From: Scenedesmus sp. PABB004
Lineage: Eukaryota
DNA: 64,000 nucleotides
NCBI GenBank assembly: GCA_014905635.1
Contig: CM026548.1
Coordinates: 1-64,000, forward strand
Reading direction: 5' to 3'
Shown: piece by piece, positions 9,143-21,344 of the stretch
How positions within the stretch are numbered: position 1 is the first letter of the stretch
Layout of the letters: each line of letters begins with the position of its first letter
Made by a program: the position numbers and the translations under genes
Notes under the pieces: generated by a model
The model's input: the letters and a program-made list of their open reading frames with translations, nothing else
Told to the model about the DNA's origin: nothing
The model's database searches: none

Positions 9143-12100
9143 ATGGCGGCCGCCGCGGAGCCTCCCTGGCACCGCCTGGTGGGTGGCCTGGCTCCCTGTC
9201 ACTCTGACCTGAGGGGGCGGCGGCCCGCGGCGCATGCAGCGACGCAGCGGCCGCAGCCGCCGACGCTCGCCGCTGCCCGACGCGACGCGGCTGCGCTCGC
9301 AGGAGTTTGCTGCGGTCACGCGCCGCAAGGCGGGCGGCCTGACGGCCTACGGCTATGCGCTGTTCGAGGACGCCAGCAACCACCTGGTGCGGCAGCAGCT
9401 CGCACAGGGCGCGGTTGCGGACAGCGCCCCGCGCAGCCCGCGCTGACCGCGCCAGCGGCGGCGGCCACAGGTCGCCACGGGCTGCGGCCCTGTGTCGCCG
9501 AGCGCGACCTTCACCCAGGCCGTGCTTCTGGGCCTGCTGCAGGGGTTCGAGGTGAGCCCGCCGCACACGGCGCTCGCCCGCGGTGCGCCGTCCCGCCGCG
9601 CGACGACCGCGAGCACGGCCGCACGCAGGTCGCGCGTGCGCGGGGCGCCAGGCGCATGCTGCTGCTGAGCGATTCGTCAGTGGTGGTGCAGCAGCTCCAG
9701 AGGGCCTCGCCAGCCACGTGCGGGGCGCAGTCGCCGCTGGCGGCGGCGCTGGGCGGCATGTCGCAGCTGGCCGCGACGCGCGTGGACAAGGTCGACAGGT
9801 GCGGCGGCGTGGTGGGGTGCGCGCTGCACGGCGCGGCGCCGGCGCCACCTTGACCCCGCTCCGGCCGCCGCGCTGGCAGGTGGTCCAACGGCCTGGCCAT
9901 TGTCCAGGCGGAGTTTGCCAGCGAGCTGCAGATGCTGCTCGCCCGCGCTGCGACCGCGTCGCCCAGCAAGTACGGCCAGGTCGCGGGGCAGCTGGGGGTG
10001 CTGCTGCAGCTCTCCATGGCAGAGCGCCGCACGCTCGAGTCGGCGGACGACTTTGGAGACACCGCAGCGCAGGTGGGGCGCGCGCTGGGCCAGCCGCGCT
10101 GGCGGCCTCCCGCGCGCAGCGCGGCGCTGCACGCGGCGGCGCCCGCGCCCCGGCTCCAGCTCCGCCGCCTTGCTCGCAGCTGGTGGCGCTGCGCTGCGGG
10201 ACCAGCAAGGAGCACGTGCTGGCGGCCATGCGCCCGCAGCCCACCAGCGCCAGCAGCAGCGACGTTGCTGGCACAGGTGCTGGTTTTGACGCAGCTGGTC
10301 CAGGCATGGGCACCGCAGCTGGCACCTTCACACCCGGCGGCAGCAGCGCCGAACTTGGAGGCCCTGGCAGCAGCGACGGCGACAGCGGCGGTGGCGGCAG
10401 CGCTCGCGGCCGGCGGCGCCGCAGCGCCTCAGCAGCTGGCGCCACCAGCAGCCTGGAAGCCGCCGCCGCCAGTGCCGCCGGCGGCGGCGCGGTTCCAGGC
10501 GCTGCGTCGTCTGCGGCAGCCGCAGCAGCAGCGCCCGCCGGCGCCGCGCCGCGCCTGGTGCGGTACGCCATGAGCCGCTGCTTCACGCCCCAGGAGGGCG
10601 CCGCGTACGCGGCAGCCAGTGCGTCGGCGGACGTGCCTGGCGCCCTGCCGCCCGGGCTCGACACGGGCGGCGGGGAGGTGCAGGAGGACGAGGCCGACAC
10701 GGCGGCCGACGACGCTGGGCACCGCCTGGTGGGCGGTCGCCTGGTGGGCCGGCACCGCCTCACGCACCGGCTGCTGGTGGTGGGGCTGCACAAGCTTCCG
10801 CCGGACTGGGAGGCGCCCGCCGCCTGGGAGGCCGTGACAGCGGCGGCGGCGGCGCAGCAGCCGCCGCAGCCGCAGCTGCAGCCGCAGCCGCATGCGCAGC
10901 AGGGGCCGCAGCAGCAGCAGGAGCAGCAGGAGCAGCAGGACCAGGAGCAGCCGGTGCCGTCGCCGCCGTCGCCGCCGCAGCAGCGGCGGCGGCGGCGGCG
11001 GCTCTCGGAAGCACCGCAGGCAGTCAGCAGAGACGATGGTGCGCAGGCTGCAGGGGGCGGCGCAGGGGGCGAGGCGGTGGAGGGCCTGGAGGATGTGCTG
11101 CTGCCCTCGTGGCTGCCTGGCAGCCGTGCCGCCGGCAGCAGCGAGGCGGTAGGCCTGGGCAGCGAGCGCTACAGCCTGCCCCCCGTGACGAGCGACACCG
11201 CCACGCACCTGCTGCAGTTTGACGGCGCGTCGCGCAACAACCCAGGTGCGCGCGCTGCGCGGAGGTGCTGCAGGCTGCAGGCTGCTGGGCGGCGCTGCGG
11301 CGGCACTGGCCGGCTCCGGGGGTGGTGCTTCACGAATCACCCCCTTCCCCTTCCTCGTGCGCAGGGCGCGGCGGGTACGGGTGGGTGCTGTTTGACCTCA
11401 CCACCGGGCGCCTGGTGGGGCGGGGGTGCATGAGCCTGCCCTACGGCCAGACCGCGGGGCGCGCAGAGTTTGAGGGCCTGCTCGCAGGCCTCGAGGCAGC
11501 GCAGGCGGCGGGCGTGCGCCACCTGGCGGTGCAGGTGTGGCGGGCGGCCGCGCGCGCGCGCGCCCGCGCCGGCCCGCGTCTGTGCCCGCGCCCGCGCCGC
11601 CCTCCCCCCCCCCCCCGCGCGGCCGCCGGCGCCGAGGCGGCGCCGCGCGCGCGCTCCGCGCGCAGGGCGACAGCGCGCTCGTGCTGGACGCGCTGCTGTA
11701 CCGGCGCCGCGTGGCGCGGGACCTCGCTGCCGCGTACAGCCGCGCGAGCGCGCTGCTGTCGTGCTTTGACGCGGTGGAGCTGCAGTTCATCCCGCGCGCC
11801 GCCAACTCGCTGGCCGACCGCCTGGCGAGCATGAGCATGGACATCGACACCGCGCTCTACGCGCTGCTGCGCAAGGACGAGCGCGGCGTGGCGGGGCTGC
11901 GCGTGCTGACCAAGGCGGCGCGCATGAACAAGAAGCAGGCGCGCACCCGCACCCGCGCCCCCGGGGGCAGGGGAGGGCGCGGGGGGTGCAGGGGCAGGGT
12001 GGGCGGGGGAGGCGGACGAGCGGCGCGGCGCGGTGCGGCGCGGCGGCGCTCACCGCGCGCGCGGGCGCGCCGCCGCCGCCGCAGGACGTGCTGGAGCTGC

Positions 12101-12870
12101 TGATGGCCAGCTACGGCCTGCCCCTGGTCGCGGTGGTGCTGCTGCAGCGCGTCATGGCCATCACGCCCGCCGCGCTGCTGGAGCGCCTGCGCGACAAGGC
12201 GGCGCACCTGGGCGACCCAAACCCATGGCTGGTGCAGGTGCGGGGCGACGCCCGGCGGCGGCGGCGGCACCGCACGCCTGTGCAGCCCGCGCCGCCGCCA
12301 CCGCCGCGCGGCGCGCAGGAGGTGCGGCAGCTGGCGGAGCGCGGCATCCCCGCCGACGTTGAGGCGGCGGTGGGCAGCGTCGTCATGGACAGCCGCTACA
12401 AGAAGGACGACCTCGCCCGCCTGCGCCGCGCGGCGGCGCGCGCGCAGGCGCAGGCGCAGGCCCCGGACCCGGCCCCGCCCCGCCTGCCGCCCGCGCCTGC
12501 TGCGGCGGCGGCGCTTGCCGCGCAGCAGCGCAAGTTCAGCTGCTGGGCGCTGAGCGGCGGCCAGGCGCACGGCCTTGCGCAGCGGCGCGCGCCGCCGCAG
12601 CGGCCGCTGGCGCCGCAGTGGCGGCTGCTGCAGCCCGGCCACGCAGCGCTGCCCCCGTGGCAGCGGGGCCTCTGCAGCGGCGGCGGCGCCGCGCACGGCG
12701 GCGGTAGCGGCGGCAGCGGCCGGGGCGCGGCGGCGCTGGGCGGCGCAGCTGCCGCGACGGTGTGCTGCCGCCGCGGTGGCTGGGCGGGCCTGCTCGCATG
12801 CGAGCCTCCGCGCGCCGACACTGCTGTGCTGCTGCGGCTGCGCGCCGCGCTGTCGCGCGTGCGGCTGTGA
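9143..12870 (+). CDS. Protein with two RNase HI-like domains (first degenerate, second with intact acidic residues); multi-exon
   Basis: Second domain: LQFDGASRNNPG-RGGYGWVL..AEFEGLLAGLEAA..GVRHLAVQGDSALVL..FIPRAANSLADRLA. A spliced N-terminal domain aligns to it. End at TGA 12870 is inferred. Confidence 0.8.
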
Positions 12871-12986
12871 GCGCGGCTGGACAAGCCGCGCAGGCGCCGC
12901 GCGGTGCTTGTGACAGCAACTTGCCTCGCGTCGCGCCCCTCCGCACCAGGGGTCCCTGGTCGGTCCCGCCCGCGGCGCTGGCCGCC

Positions 12987-13827
12987 TCACTCCTCGTCCA
13001 CGCTGCCCGCGGGCGCGCCTGCGCTCGCATACGCCGGGTACTCCGAGGCAAAGCCCACGTAGCGAGCAAACGGCGCGAGCACGTTGTGCAGCGCCCAGCT
13101 CATGAAGCCGGGCATGCCCTCCAGCCGGATGCCCGCCCCGTCCAGCAGCGCCACCAGCTGCGCCGCGGCGGGCGGCGGCGGCGGGCGGCGGCGGCGAGCG
13201 CGCGGTCGGCGCGAGCGCAGCCGGGACCCGGCGGGAGCCAGCTACCGCCAGGCGCGGCGCCGCCGCAGCGTCGCGCGCCTGCAGCGGGTGGATCTTGGTC
13301 ACGTCGCCGTACGTGCGGGCCAGCCCGGCGAGGTTCTCGGCGGCCACGTCTGCTCGCCCGGCGGGCGTGAACGTCTGCCGCACCAGCACGGGCGCGTCGC
13401 CCGCGCACCAGATGCTGTGCGGGGCGCCCTGCGGGACGACGACCACCTCGCCCGCGGTGACGTTGCGGAGCGCGCCGGCGATGCTGACGCCCAGGACGCC
13501 CTCAGCCACCGCGAGCGCCTCCTCTTGATCATGGCTGTGCAGGAGCCACGATCCAGCAAATCCGGGGTAGAAGCCCTTCGCGGTGGGCCGGATGAGGAGC
13601 TCGACCTCGGACCGCGCGCCGCCGCTGGAGGGCCCGCGGCTGAGCACGCGGACGCGCGTGCCCGAGGCGTCAGCCGCGTCCTCGACAGCCTCCAGGCCCG
13701 TGAAGCTCGGCCGCGGCAGCGCCGCGACGTGGTTGCGCGCCCACCAGCTCAGGCCAGTGAGCAGTACCATCACGACGGCAAGGCGCGTGGTCGCCTTGCT
13801 GCTGGTGAACATGCTGAGTACGTCCAT
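12987..13827 (-). CDS. Cupin-domain protein with N-terminal signal/anchor (paralog A), one GC-AG intron
   Basis: Cupin motifs HSHDQEEALAVAEGVL and GEVVVVPQGAPHSIW, hydrophobic N-terminus, IHPLQ motif, ends VDEE*. Confidence 0.82.
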
Positions 13828-14191
13828 CTCGTGCCGGCGGTGGCGCCGGGACGTGCCGTCGGCACGGCAGCAGCGGCGGCGCTGCCGCTGGCTAGCAACT
13901 GGCGCGCCTGGCTTGGCCGTGCCGATGCAAGGAATTTTGGAGGGTCAGAGGAGTTGTGGGCGGCTGGGCGGCGCGCGGCAACGCCTGGGCAGCCGCAACG
14001 CCGGGTGCAGCAGGCGGCATTGAAACCCGGCGGCCCAGCTCCGGGTGCTGCGGTCGTGCCGCACCCAGCCGCCTGGTCGCTCCCCGAGGCCTGTCGGGAT
14101 CCGAGGAGCGCGTGCGGGCCACGCCTGCTGCTTCGCACAGCCCGCAGCAGCTCGCACCATCACAACCGCCAGCGGAGGGGCCACGTGAAGC

Positions 14192-15244
14192 ATGGGGTGC
14201 GCGCGGCCCGGCCGACGCTTCAGGGCCTGCTGGCAGCCCAGTGGGGTGGCAGTCGCCAGCTCGCCCGCGCCCGGCGGCCACCGACGGGGCCCGGCGGCTG
14301 GCTGGCGGCTGGGCGCGCGCTGCTGCCGGCCGCGCGGCAGGCCCGCCGACGCCGCCCGCCGCCCGCCGCTCGCCGCAGGCTCCTGGGCGCAGCGGCGCAG
14401 CTGGCGGTGGTCGCGCTCATCCTGTGCGGCGGCACGGCGTACACGCGGCATCACGTCGCCAGCCTGCGCCGCGCCGACCACTCGGCGTCGGTGTACATGG
14501 AGGACAGCAAGGCGGGCAACGGCAGCCGCTACCGCGTGCTCACGCGCAGCGCCGACACGGGCGGCGAGTCGTACAGCGTGGAGGTGCTCCTGCGCCCGAC
14601 CGCGCCCGCCTTTGTGGACGGCCTGCCCGGCAGCACGCCGGGGCACTCGCACGCGGCGCAGGACGAGGAGCTCGAGGTGCTATCCGGCGCGCTGGGCCTG
14701 CTCATGGCCGGCACCAAGGGCAGCACGGTGCTCAAGGCGGGCGACACCGCCGCCATCCCGCGAGGTGCGCGGCGCGGGCCTGGGCGCGGCGCGCTGGGCG
14801 CTGGGCGCTGGGCGACCGCCCACCGCCGCCTGCGGTGCACCGCCGCGCGTGCGCCGTGCAGGCACGGCGCACCTGCTGTACAACGCGGACAACAGCAGCG
14901 TCGTGCTGTACCGGCTCTCCCATGCGCCCGCGGGGCCGCTGGGCGAGGCGTTCTTTGAGAGCGCCGCGGGGCTGGGCTGGGACTACCGCTCCAGCGACCG
15001 CGTGCACCCGCTGCAGGTGCTCGTGCTCTTCGACGCCGCCGGCACGACGCTGACCGACCTGCCGGCCTTCCTGCAGCCGCTCGCCAAGCGCGTGCTCGTG
15101 CCGCTCGGGCGCCTGCTGGGATTCAAGTCCACCTACGCGCCCCACCGCTCCGCCGCCGCGCCCGCGGTCGAGGGCGACGCGGCGGGCCAGCAAGCGCGCG
15201 CCGGCGACGGCGCGGCGGCGGCGGAGGAGCACGAGGAGCTGTAG
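14192..15244 (+). CDS. Cupin-domain protein with N-terminal signal and C-terminal HEEL (paralog B)
   Basis: 5-nt first coding exon ATGGG|gt..ag|GCTCCTG gives MGLLGAAAQLAVVALIL. Motifs HSHAAQDEELEVLSG and GDTAAIPRGTAHLLYN, VHPLQ, ends HEEL*. Confidence 0.82.
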   Translation: MGCARPGRRFRACWQPSGVAVASSPAPGGHRRGPAAGWRLGARCCRPRGRPADAARRPPLAAGSWAQRRSWRWSRSSCAAARRTRGITSPACAAPTTRRRCTWRTARRATAAATACSRAAPTRAASRTAWRCSCARPRPPLWTACPAARRGTRTRRRTRSSRCYPARWACSWPAPRAARCSRRATPPPSREVRGAGLGAARWALGAGRPPTAACGAPPRVRRAGTAHLLYNADNSSVVLYRLSHAPAGPLGEAFFESAAGLGWDYRSSDRVHPLQVLVLFDAAGTTLTDLPAFLQPLAKRVLVPLGRLLGFKSTYAPHRSAAAPAVEGDAAGQQARAGDGAAAAEEHEEL

Positions 15245-15708
15245 CGGCGGGGCTGCGGCGGCGGGCGGCGGCGGCGCGCGGCGTTTGAGCAAAGCCCTGC
15301 GCGTCGGATGCAGCGCCGGCAGCGCCTGCAGCTGTCACAACCGGGCAGCTGTCGCCACAGCCCCATCGTCCACCAGCGACCCGCCCTCCGCACGCCAGGG
15401 CCGCACGCCATCCCGCACGCCGCGGCCTTCCCCGCGCGCCCCTGCCGCTGCAGCCTCCTTGGCCGTGCGCTCGGTGATCCTTGGTGCCTCTCCGGCCGCT
15501 TGCGCTGCAGCTTGGAGCGCGGGGCGTGGCTGGGGCTTTGATAGCAGCAGCAAGCAGTGAGCGGGGTGGGCGCGCGTCCTGGGGCCGCGCGAGGCCGCAG
15601 CAGCTGGCGCGATGGCCAGGTGGAGGCCCCGAGCACGCGAGGGAGCAGCGCCGGCAGCTCCAACGCCGCCGCGGCTCGCCCGCCGCAGGGCCGGCGCCTC
15701 GCTCGGCG

Positions 15709-16525
15709 ATGGGCGGCGGCGACGTCGCGTTCCATCACAATGAGAAGGAGAAGAAGCGCCCCGTGGCGCTGTCGCCCTTCATAAAGGGCCTGGCGGGTGC
15801 GCGGGGCAGCCGCGGCCCGCACGCGGGCGCGCCGCGTGCGCCGCGTGCGCCGCGCCCACCTCGCCTGCATCCGCGCGGCGGCGCAGGCTCCTTTGGCGGC
15901 ACGCTGGAGGCGTGCTGCCTGCAGCCCATCGACGTCATCAAGACGCGCCTGCAGCTGGACAAGGTCGGCAAGTACAAAGGTGCGCCGCTGGGCTAGTGCC
16001 AACCCAAACGGGCAGCGCCGGCGCGGCCGGCCCGCGCAGCCCCGCTCTGCGGGCGGCGGTCACCTCCGCCCGCTGGCCGCCCCGGCGCCCCGGCGCACCG
16101 GCGCCGCGGCAGGCATCATTGACTGCGGGCGCCAGGTGGTGCACGAGGAGGGCGTGCGCGCGCTGTGGAAGGGCCTCACGCCGTTTGCGACGCACCTCAC
16201 GCTCAAGTACGCGCTGCGCATGGGGTCGAACTCCGTCTACCAGGTGCGCCGCGCCGCGCCGCGCCGGCCGTCTGCCGCAGCCCCGCCGCGCCGCCGCGCA
16301 CTCGCGCCGCCGCCGCAACGCCGCCGCCGCCGCCAGAGCGCGCTGCGCGACCACAACGGGCACCTGAGCGACGGCGGGCGCCTGGCGGCGGGCTTTGCCG
16401 CGGGCATCACGGAGGCGCTGCTGATTGTGACGCCGTTTGAGGTGGTCAAGATCCGCCTGCAGCAGCAGAAGGGCCTCGCCTACGACAAGCTCAAGTACCA
16501 CGTGAGCCGGCAGCACCGCACAACC

Positions 16526-16560
<35 letters not shown>

Positions 16561-17400
16561 CGCTGGCCGCCGGCCGCCGCGCACGCATGACGCCGGTGCG
16601 GTATGTGGCGCGCAGAACCCGATCCACTGCGCGACCACCATCCTGCGCGAGGAGGGCGTGCGCGGGATGTGGAGCGGCGCGACGCCGACGATGATGCGCA
16701 ACGGCACCAACCAGATGTGCCTCTTCTGGGCCAAGAACAACGTCGACAAGCTGCTCTGGGGCAAGCACGAGGGCGACGGCCGGCAGCTCTCCGCGGCGCA
16801 AAGCATGATCAGCGGCTTCAGCGCCGCGTTCCTCGGCCCCGTCGCGACGGGTGCGGCGCGGCAGCAGGGCGCGGCAGCAGGGCGCGGCAGCAGGGCGCGG
16901 CGGCGGCGCCGCGCCACGCCGCGCGTGCTGCCGGCCGACGCGCCCGTGCCCGCGCGCGTGCCCGCGCGGTGCGGGTGTCCCCTCCTCCCCCCCCCCCCCC
17001 CCCAGGCCCCATGGACGTCATCAAGACGCGGCTCATGGCGCAGAGCAAGGCTGGCGGCGAGCCGCAGTACCGCAGCATGCTCGATGCGCTGGTCAAGATC
17101 CCCCGCCAGGAGGGCATCGCCGCGCTGTGGAGGGGCCTGCTGCCGCGCCTCATGCGCATCCCGCCGGGCCAGGTGCGGCGCAGCGTGGCGGCGGCACGGC
17201 CGGGGGGCGGCGCGGGCGGGCGCGTGGCGCGCGCGGCGCGGCCGCGCAGCCCGGCGGGGGCAACGCGTGCGGCGGCGCTCGCGCCCGCCCTCGCGCGCTG
17301 CCGCGCGCAGGCCATCGTGTGGGCTGTGAGCGACCAGATCACGGGCTACTTTGAGGCGCTGGAGCTGAAGAAGCACCCCGAGCTCGCCGCGGGCGGCTGA
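15709..17400 (+). CDS. SFC1: Mitochondrial succinate-fumarate carrier (SLC25 family)
   Basis: Three carrier repeats: LQPIDVIKTRLQ, VTPFEVVKIRLQQQ, GPMDVIKTRLMAQ. Also ALWKGLTPFATHLTLKYALRMG, RNGTNQ and RLMRIPPGQAIVWAVSDQI. Confidence 0.92.
16528..16560 (+). repeat. Poly-G tract (about 33 G) in an SFC1 intron
   Basis: Uninterrupted G run; exact length may be affected by sequencing error. Confidence 0.85.
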
Positions 17401-17728
17401 GGGCGAGGGCTTCGGGGCGTGGGCGCGCGACAGCCCCGGTGCAACAGTGATCGCTCCCGGCTCGCCCGCTCCTCGCCAGGGTCCTCGTCTAGCAGTCCCC
17501 ACACCTCAGCCGCCCGCCTGCCGACGCCGCCGCCGTTGCCAGCGCAGCGAGACCGCTGCTGCGCTCCGCCGCCGCCCGCCGCGAGCACGCCACCGGCATC
17601 TCGCCTGGCCCCGTGCAGCCCTAGCGGCCGCCAAAGCTCCCGTCGCCCGCGCCAGACGAGCAGCGGCCTGGCAAGCCGGGCGTCTGCGGCGGCGAAGCGA
17701 GCTCACAACAGCGCGCGCCCTGGGCCCC

Positions 17729-18310
17729 ATGGGCCCGCAGAAGGCCGCCAAGCAGAAGGCAGCCGCAGCAGCAGCGACCGCACAGCCGGCGCCCGCCGCC
17801 GCCGGCGGGGCCGGCACGCCGGCGGCGGGAGCCGCAGCGGCGGCGCCTGCGGGGGGCACGGTGTCGCTGTCGGCGCTGCAGGCGCTGGAGGACCGGAAGA
17901 AGCGGCTCGCGGCGCAGCTCAAGGACGTGGAGCGCCAGGCGCGCGTCTGCCGGCGCTGCGCAGCCAGCGCAGCGCCGCGCCGAGCGCAGGGTGCTCGGCG
18001 CGGTGCGCAGCGCGTCGGCGCGCGCAGCCCAGCCTCTGTCGCCGCCGGCGCCGCAGATATTCGACCTCGAGACGCGTTACCTGGAGGGCTGCAACCCCGT
18101 GGCCAACGCGCTCAAGGGTGAGCCGGGAGGGGCGCGCCGCGCCCTCAACAACAACGGCCCCGCGCCGCAACACGCCCGCCCGCGCCGCCGAGCGCAGGCT
18201 ACGAGAGCCTGCGCGCGGTGGTGGGCTCGGCCAAGCCCACCAAGCCCCAGCCCATCAACCCCGAAGACCGCATCTTCTCAGGCAGCTCCACGTCGCGCTG
18301 CGAGCGCTGA
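17729..18310 (+). CDS. EAF6: NuA4/MOZ histone acetyltransferase subunit EAF6
   Basis: LEDRKKRLAAQLKDVERQ|IFDLETRYLE..ANALKG|YE..EDRIFSGSS, the typical EAF6 pattern; 3 exons. Confidence 0.88.
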
Positions 18311-18467
18311 GCCGGCGCGCGCACGCGGCGCGGCGCCGCGGGCGGCAGCGGCCGTGGCGGCTGGCAGCGGCCGTGCCGAGGCGTCCCGCATCCCAGTGAA
18401 AGCACTAGGCAGTTGTATCACACGGCCGGCCGCGCGGGCAGCCGCAGCGCGCAGCACCGCCGCACCC

Positions 18468-20582
18468 TCACGGCCAGCTGCCGGGCGGCTGCGGCTTGCC
18501 GGCGAGCATCGCCGCGACCTCGTGGTTGCTGTCCAAAAACCAGGTGTTGTGCAGCCAGGCCGCGACGCTCGGGTGCACGGCCGCTCCCTTGTAGTCGCCC
18601 GCCATGCGCGGCGGGGTGGCTCGGAACTCGTAGCGGGCGGCGTCGGCGCCCACAAACTCCAGCACGCGCCGCACGGTCGCCTCGGGCTGGGCCACGAAGG
18701 CCGCGTAGTCCAGCAGCAGCAGGCTGCGCGGCGGCGGCGGCGCAGGCGGCGACCGGGGTCCCGGCGTCGGCGCGATGTGCGCTTTGCGCTGGGCAAGAGC
18801 GCAAGCGCGACGCAGCCCGCGCAGCGCCGGCACTGCGCCCGGCGCCGGGCGCCGAGCGCGGCCCTCAGTCCAGTCCTCACTTGCCCTCGCCAAACGCCTC
18901 GATCCAGGGGCGGAGCCGATCTGCGTACCGCCCCGCGGCCAGGTAGGTGTGCAGGTTTAGGTAAAAGCGCTCAGGCAGGTCGGCGGGCAGCGGCGCGTCG
19001 GGCGGCAGCGCCTCGAGGCGCTGCCAGTAGGCCTCGTCAGCGGCGGTGAACTGCGCGGCGGCGGGGCCCGCCCGGCGGGGGCTGGGCCGCCGCCCGCCGC
19101 AGCGCAGCGCCGCGGCGCACGGCGTGCGCGAGCGCGTGCGCGTGCGTGGGCCCGCCTCGGCGACAGCCAGCCGCAGCCGCCCTGCCCGGCCCCTGCGGCG
19201 TCCGCCGCGCGCACCTGGAAGCGCGGGTCAGCGTCGGCGCCGCCCTCCGCGAGCGGCTGGGTGAGGGTCCAGTCGAGCGGCACGCCCATGTTGCGCAGCA
19301 TGGTCTCCGCGCTGAACACGCCGGCCATGGGGTCGCGCACGAGCGCCACGAGCTTGGCACGCGGCGTCAGCGCGCGCGCGCGCGCCGCGACGTGTGGCAG
19401 GCACGCAAAGGTCGGGCACGCGTCGAAGCAGACCCAGCGCTCCACGCCGCAGACTGCCTCCGCCCACCAGCTGCGGCGTGCGCGGCGCCCGCGGGCGCCG
19501 GCCGGCGGCGGCCGCCGGTCAGGTGCGGGGCCGTCGCGCCCCCTGTCGCTGCGCGCGTGCGCCCTGCCCGCGCATGCCGCCGCCTCACCGCGTGAGGAGC
19601 GTGGGGAAGAATGATCGGTACAGGCGGCGGCCCCACGCGCCGGAGGCGGGGCTGGACGCGCCGAGGACGCCGCCGAAGAAGTGGGACTCCTTGCCCAGCG
19701 CCTCGTGCCCCGGCATGCCCGCGATGCCGCTCACGCCCGGGCAGCGGCGCAGGTGGTGCGCGAGGCTGCTGGTGCCGCACTTCTGCGCGCCGCGCCCGCG
19801 CAGGCAGGCGGCGGGCGCGCGGCGGGCGGCCACGCGTGAGCGCGCGCCACGTGCGCGCGGCGCAGCTGTCGTTGGCCGCCCAGCTGCGGTGTGCGTGCGC
19901 GCCGGCTCAGCTGGAAATCCAAGAATGTAGAACGCTGGGAGGTGGGGCCGCAGCGGCAGGCTCAGCAGCCGCGAGAGCACGGTGCAGCAGTGCGCGCCCT
20001 CAAAGTTGAGCCGCGCCAGCAGCGCAGCGGCGCGGCCGTGCCGCTTGGCCACGCGGCGCCAGATGTGGGGGATGAAGGGGCACGCCCAGCTGCGCGGCGG
20101 CGGCGGCGGGAGCTCAGGCGCGCCCGGGCTGGCTGCGCGCAAGGCATCTCGCGCGCCGCGCGCGCCGTGCGAGCCACGTACTAGAGGCGGCGCGCCAGGA
20201 GCAGGCTCGGCAGCACCGTCATCGTGGCCGCCGCTGCCAGCACCAGCGACGCGAGCCACAGCGCCAGCAGCGCCGGCAGCGCGAGCGGGATCGCGACGTA
20301 GTTGACAGCCAGCCAGCTCGCCGAGCGCGCCGCGCGCGCCGCGCGCGGTCCCGGCGCCGGCGACGGCGCCGGTGCCTTGGCACCATCCGCCGCGACCAGG
20401 TGGCTCAGCAGCTCCGGAGGACCCTCCGACGCACTGGCGGGCGGCGACGCGGGCGCGCTGCCTGCGCTGCTCGACCTCGCCGTTTCAATGCGCACGAGCG
20501 CGGGCGCTGCGCCGTGCAGCTTGTCGACTTCCACGTCCATCCCAGTCTCCAGGTCGGGCGCGGGGCCTGGCGACGCCGCCAT
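18468..20582 (-). CDS. Membrane-anchored PAPS-dependent sulfotransferase (heparan-sulfate 3-O/N-sulfotransferase-like fold)
   Basis: 5'-PSB motif FYILGFP|KCGTSSL, KESHFF, 3'-PB motif KLVALVRDP, P..TVRRVLEFVG. N-terminal hydrophobic segment. Confidence 0.85.
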
Positions 20583-21344
20583 CGTGCGGAACACGGCTCG
20601 GCTGCGCCGCTGACCGCGCGCGGCGCCCGGGGCGCTGCAGAGCTCCGGGGAGGGCAGCGAGGCCGCCTCGAACCTGGGGGGTGGATGGAAAGCACGTGAG
20701 CGAGCGTGCGGGGCGCGGGACGCGCCCAGCAGCCGGCCAGAGCCCTGCCAGCGACGCTGTCGCTGCCGCTCGCGCGACGCGGCGCCGTCCTTGCGGCTGG
20801 TGCCTCGAGGTGCTCCTGGCAGCTCCAACGAGCCGCTGCGAGACGCGTGCGAGCTGCGGCGGGCGCCTGGAACGGGGGGCACGGCCAGCGCGGCGGCCAG
20901 GCGCCTCGCTCGCGTCCAGCGGAGCTGCTCACATTACCCAGTGCAGCGTCCCCCCGCTTGTGCACAGATGGCAAAACAGATGATGGGGGCGAAGCAGCGC
21001 GCGGGGGCACGCTCGCTGCCGCATCCGGGCTGGCGAAGAGAGTCTGACACACGCGACACCGCCACGCCGCGCGCCCACGCACGCGCACCACAATCAAGGT
21101 GGGAGGGAGGCCCTCAAACCGACCGACGACGGCGAAACCACGACGGTGCACACCAAACCGCGTTATCTACGACGCCGCCGCCCGCCCCGGCCACTGGTGT
21201 GACCGCCCCGAGTGCTGGTGCTTCCCCTGCCCTTCCCGCTACAGCCCGCGCGGGGGCGCGGCGCGCCCCGGAGCGCTCCAACTGGTGCAGGGGCATACGC
21301 CCGACCTGCGCGCGCCCGCCCCGCCGCAGCGCCGGCACGCTGCG

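Noticed and set aside
9143..12870. Retrotransposon-derived RNase H / mobile element
   Set aside because: No reverse transcriptase, integrase, LTRs or target-site duplications are visible, and the gene has many ordinary introns.
16528..16560. Functional G-quadruplex element in poly-G/poly-C intron tracts
   Set aside because: Such homopolymers occur in many introns here and their lengths are unreliable; there is no specific evidence of function.
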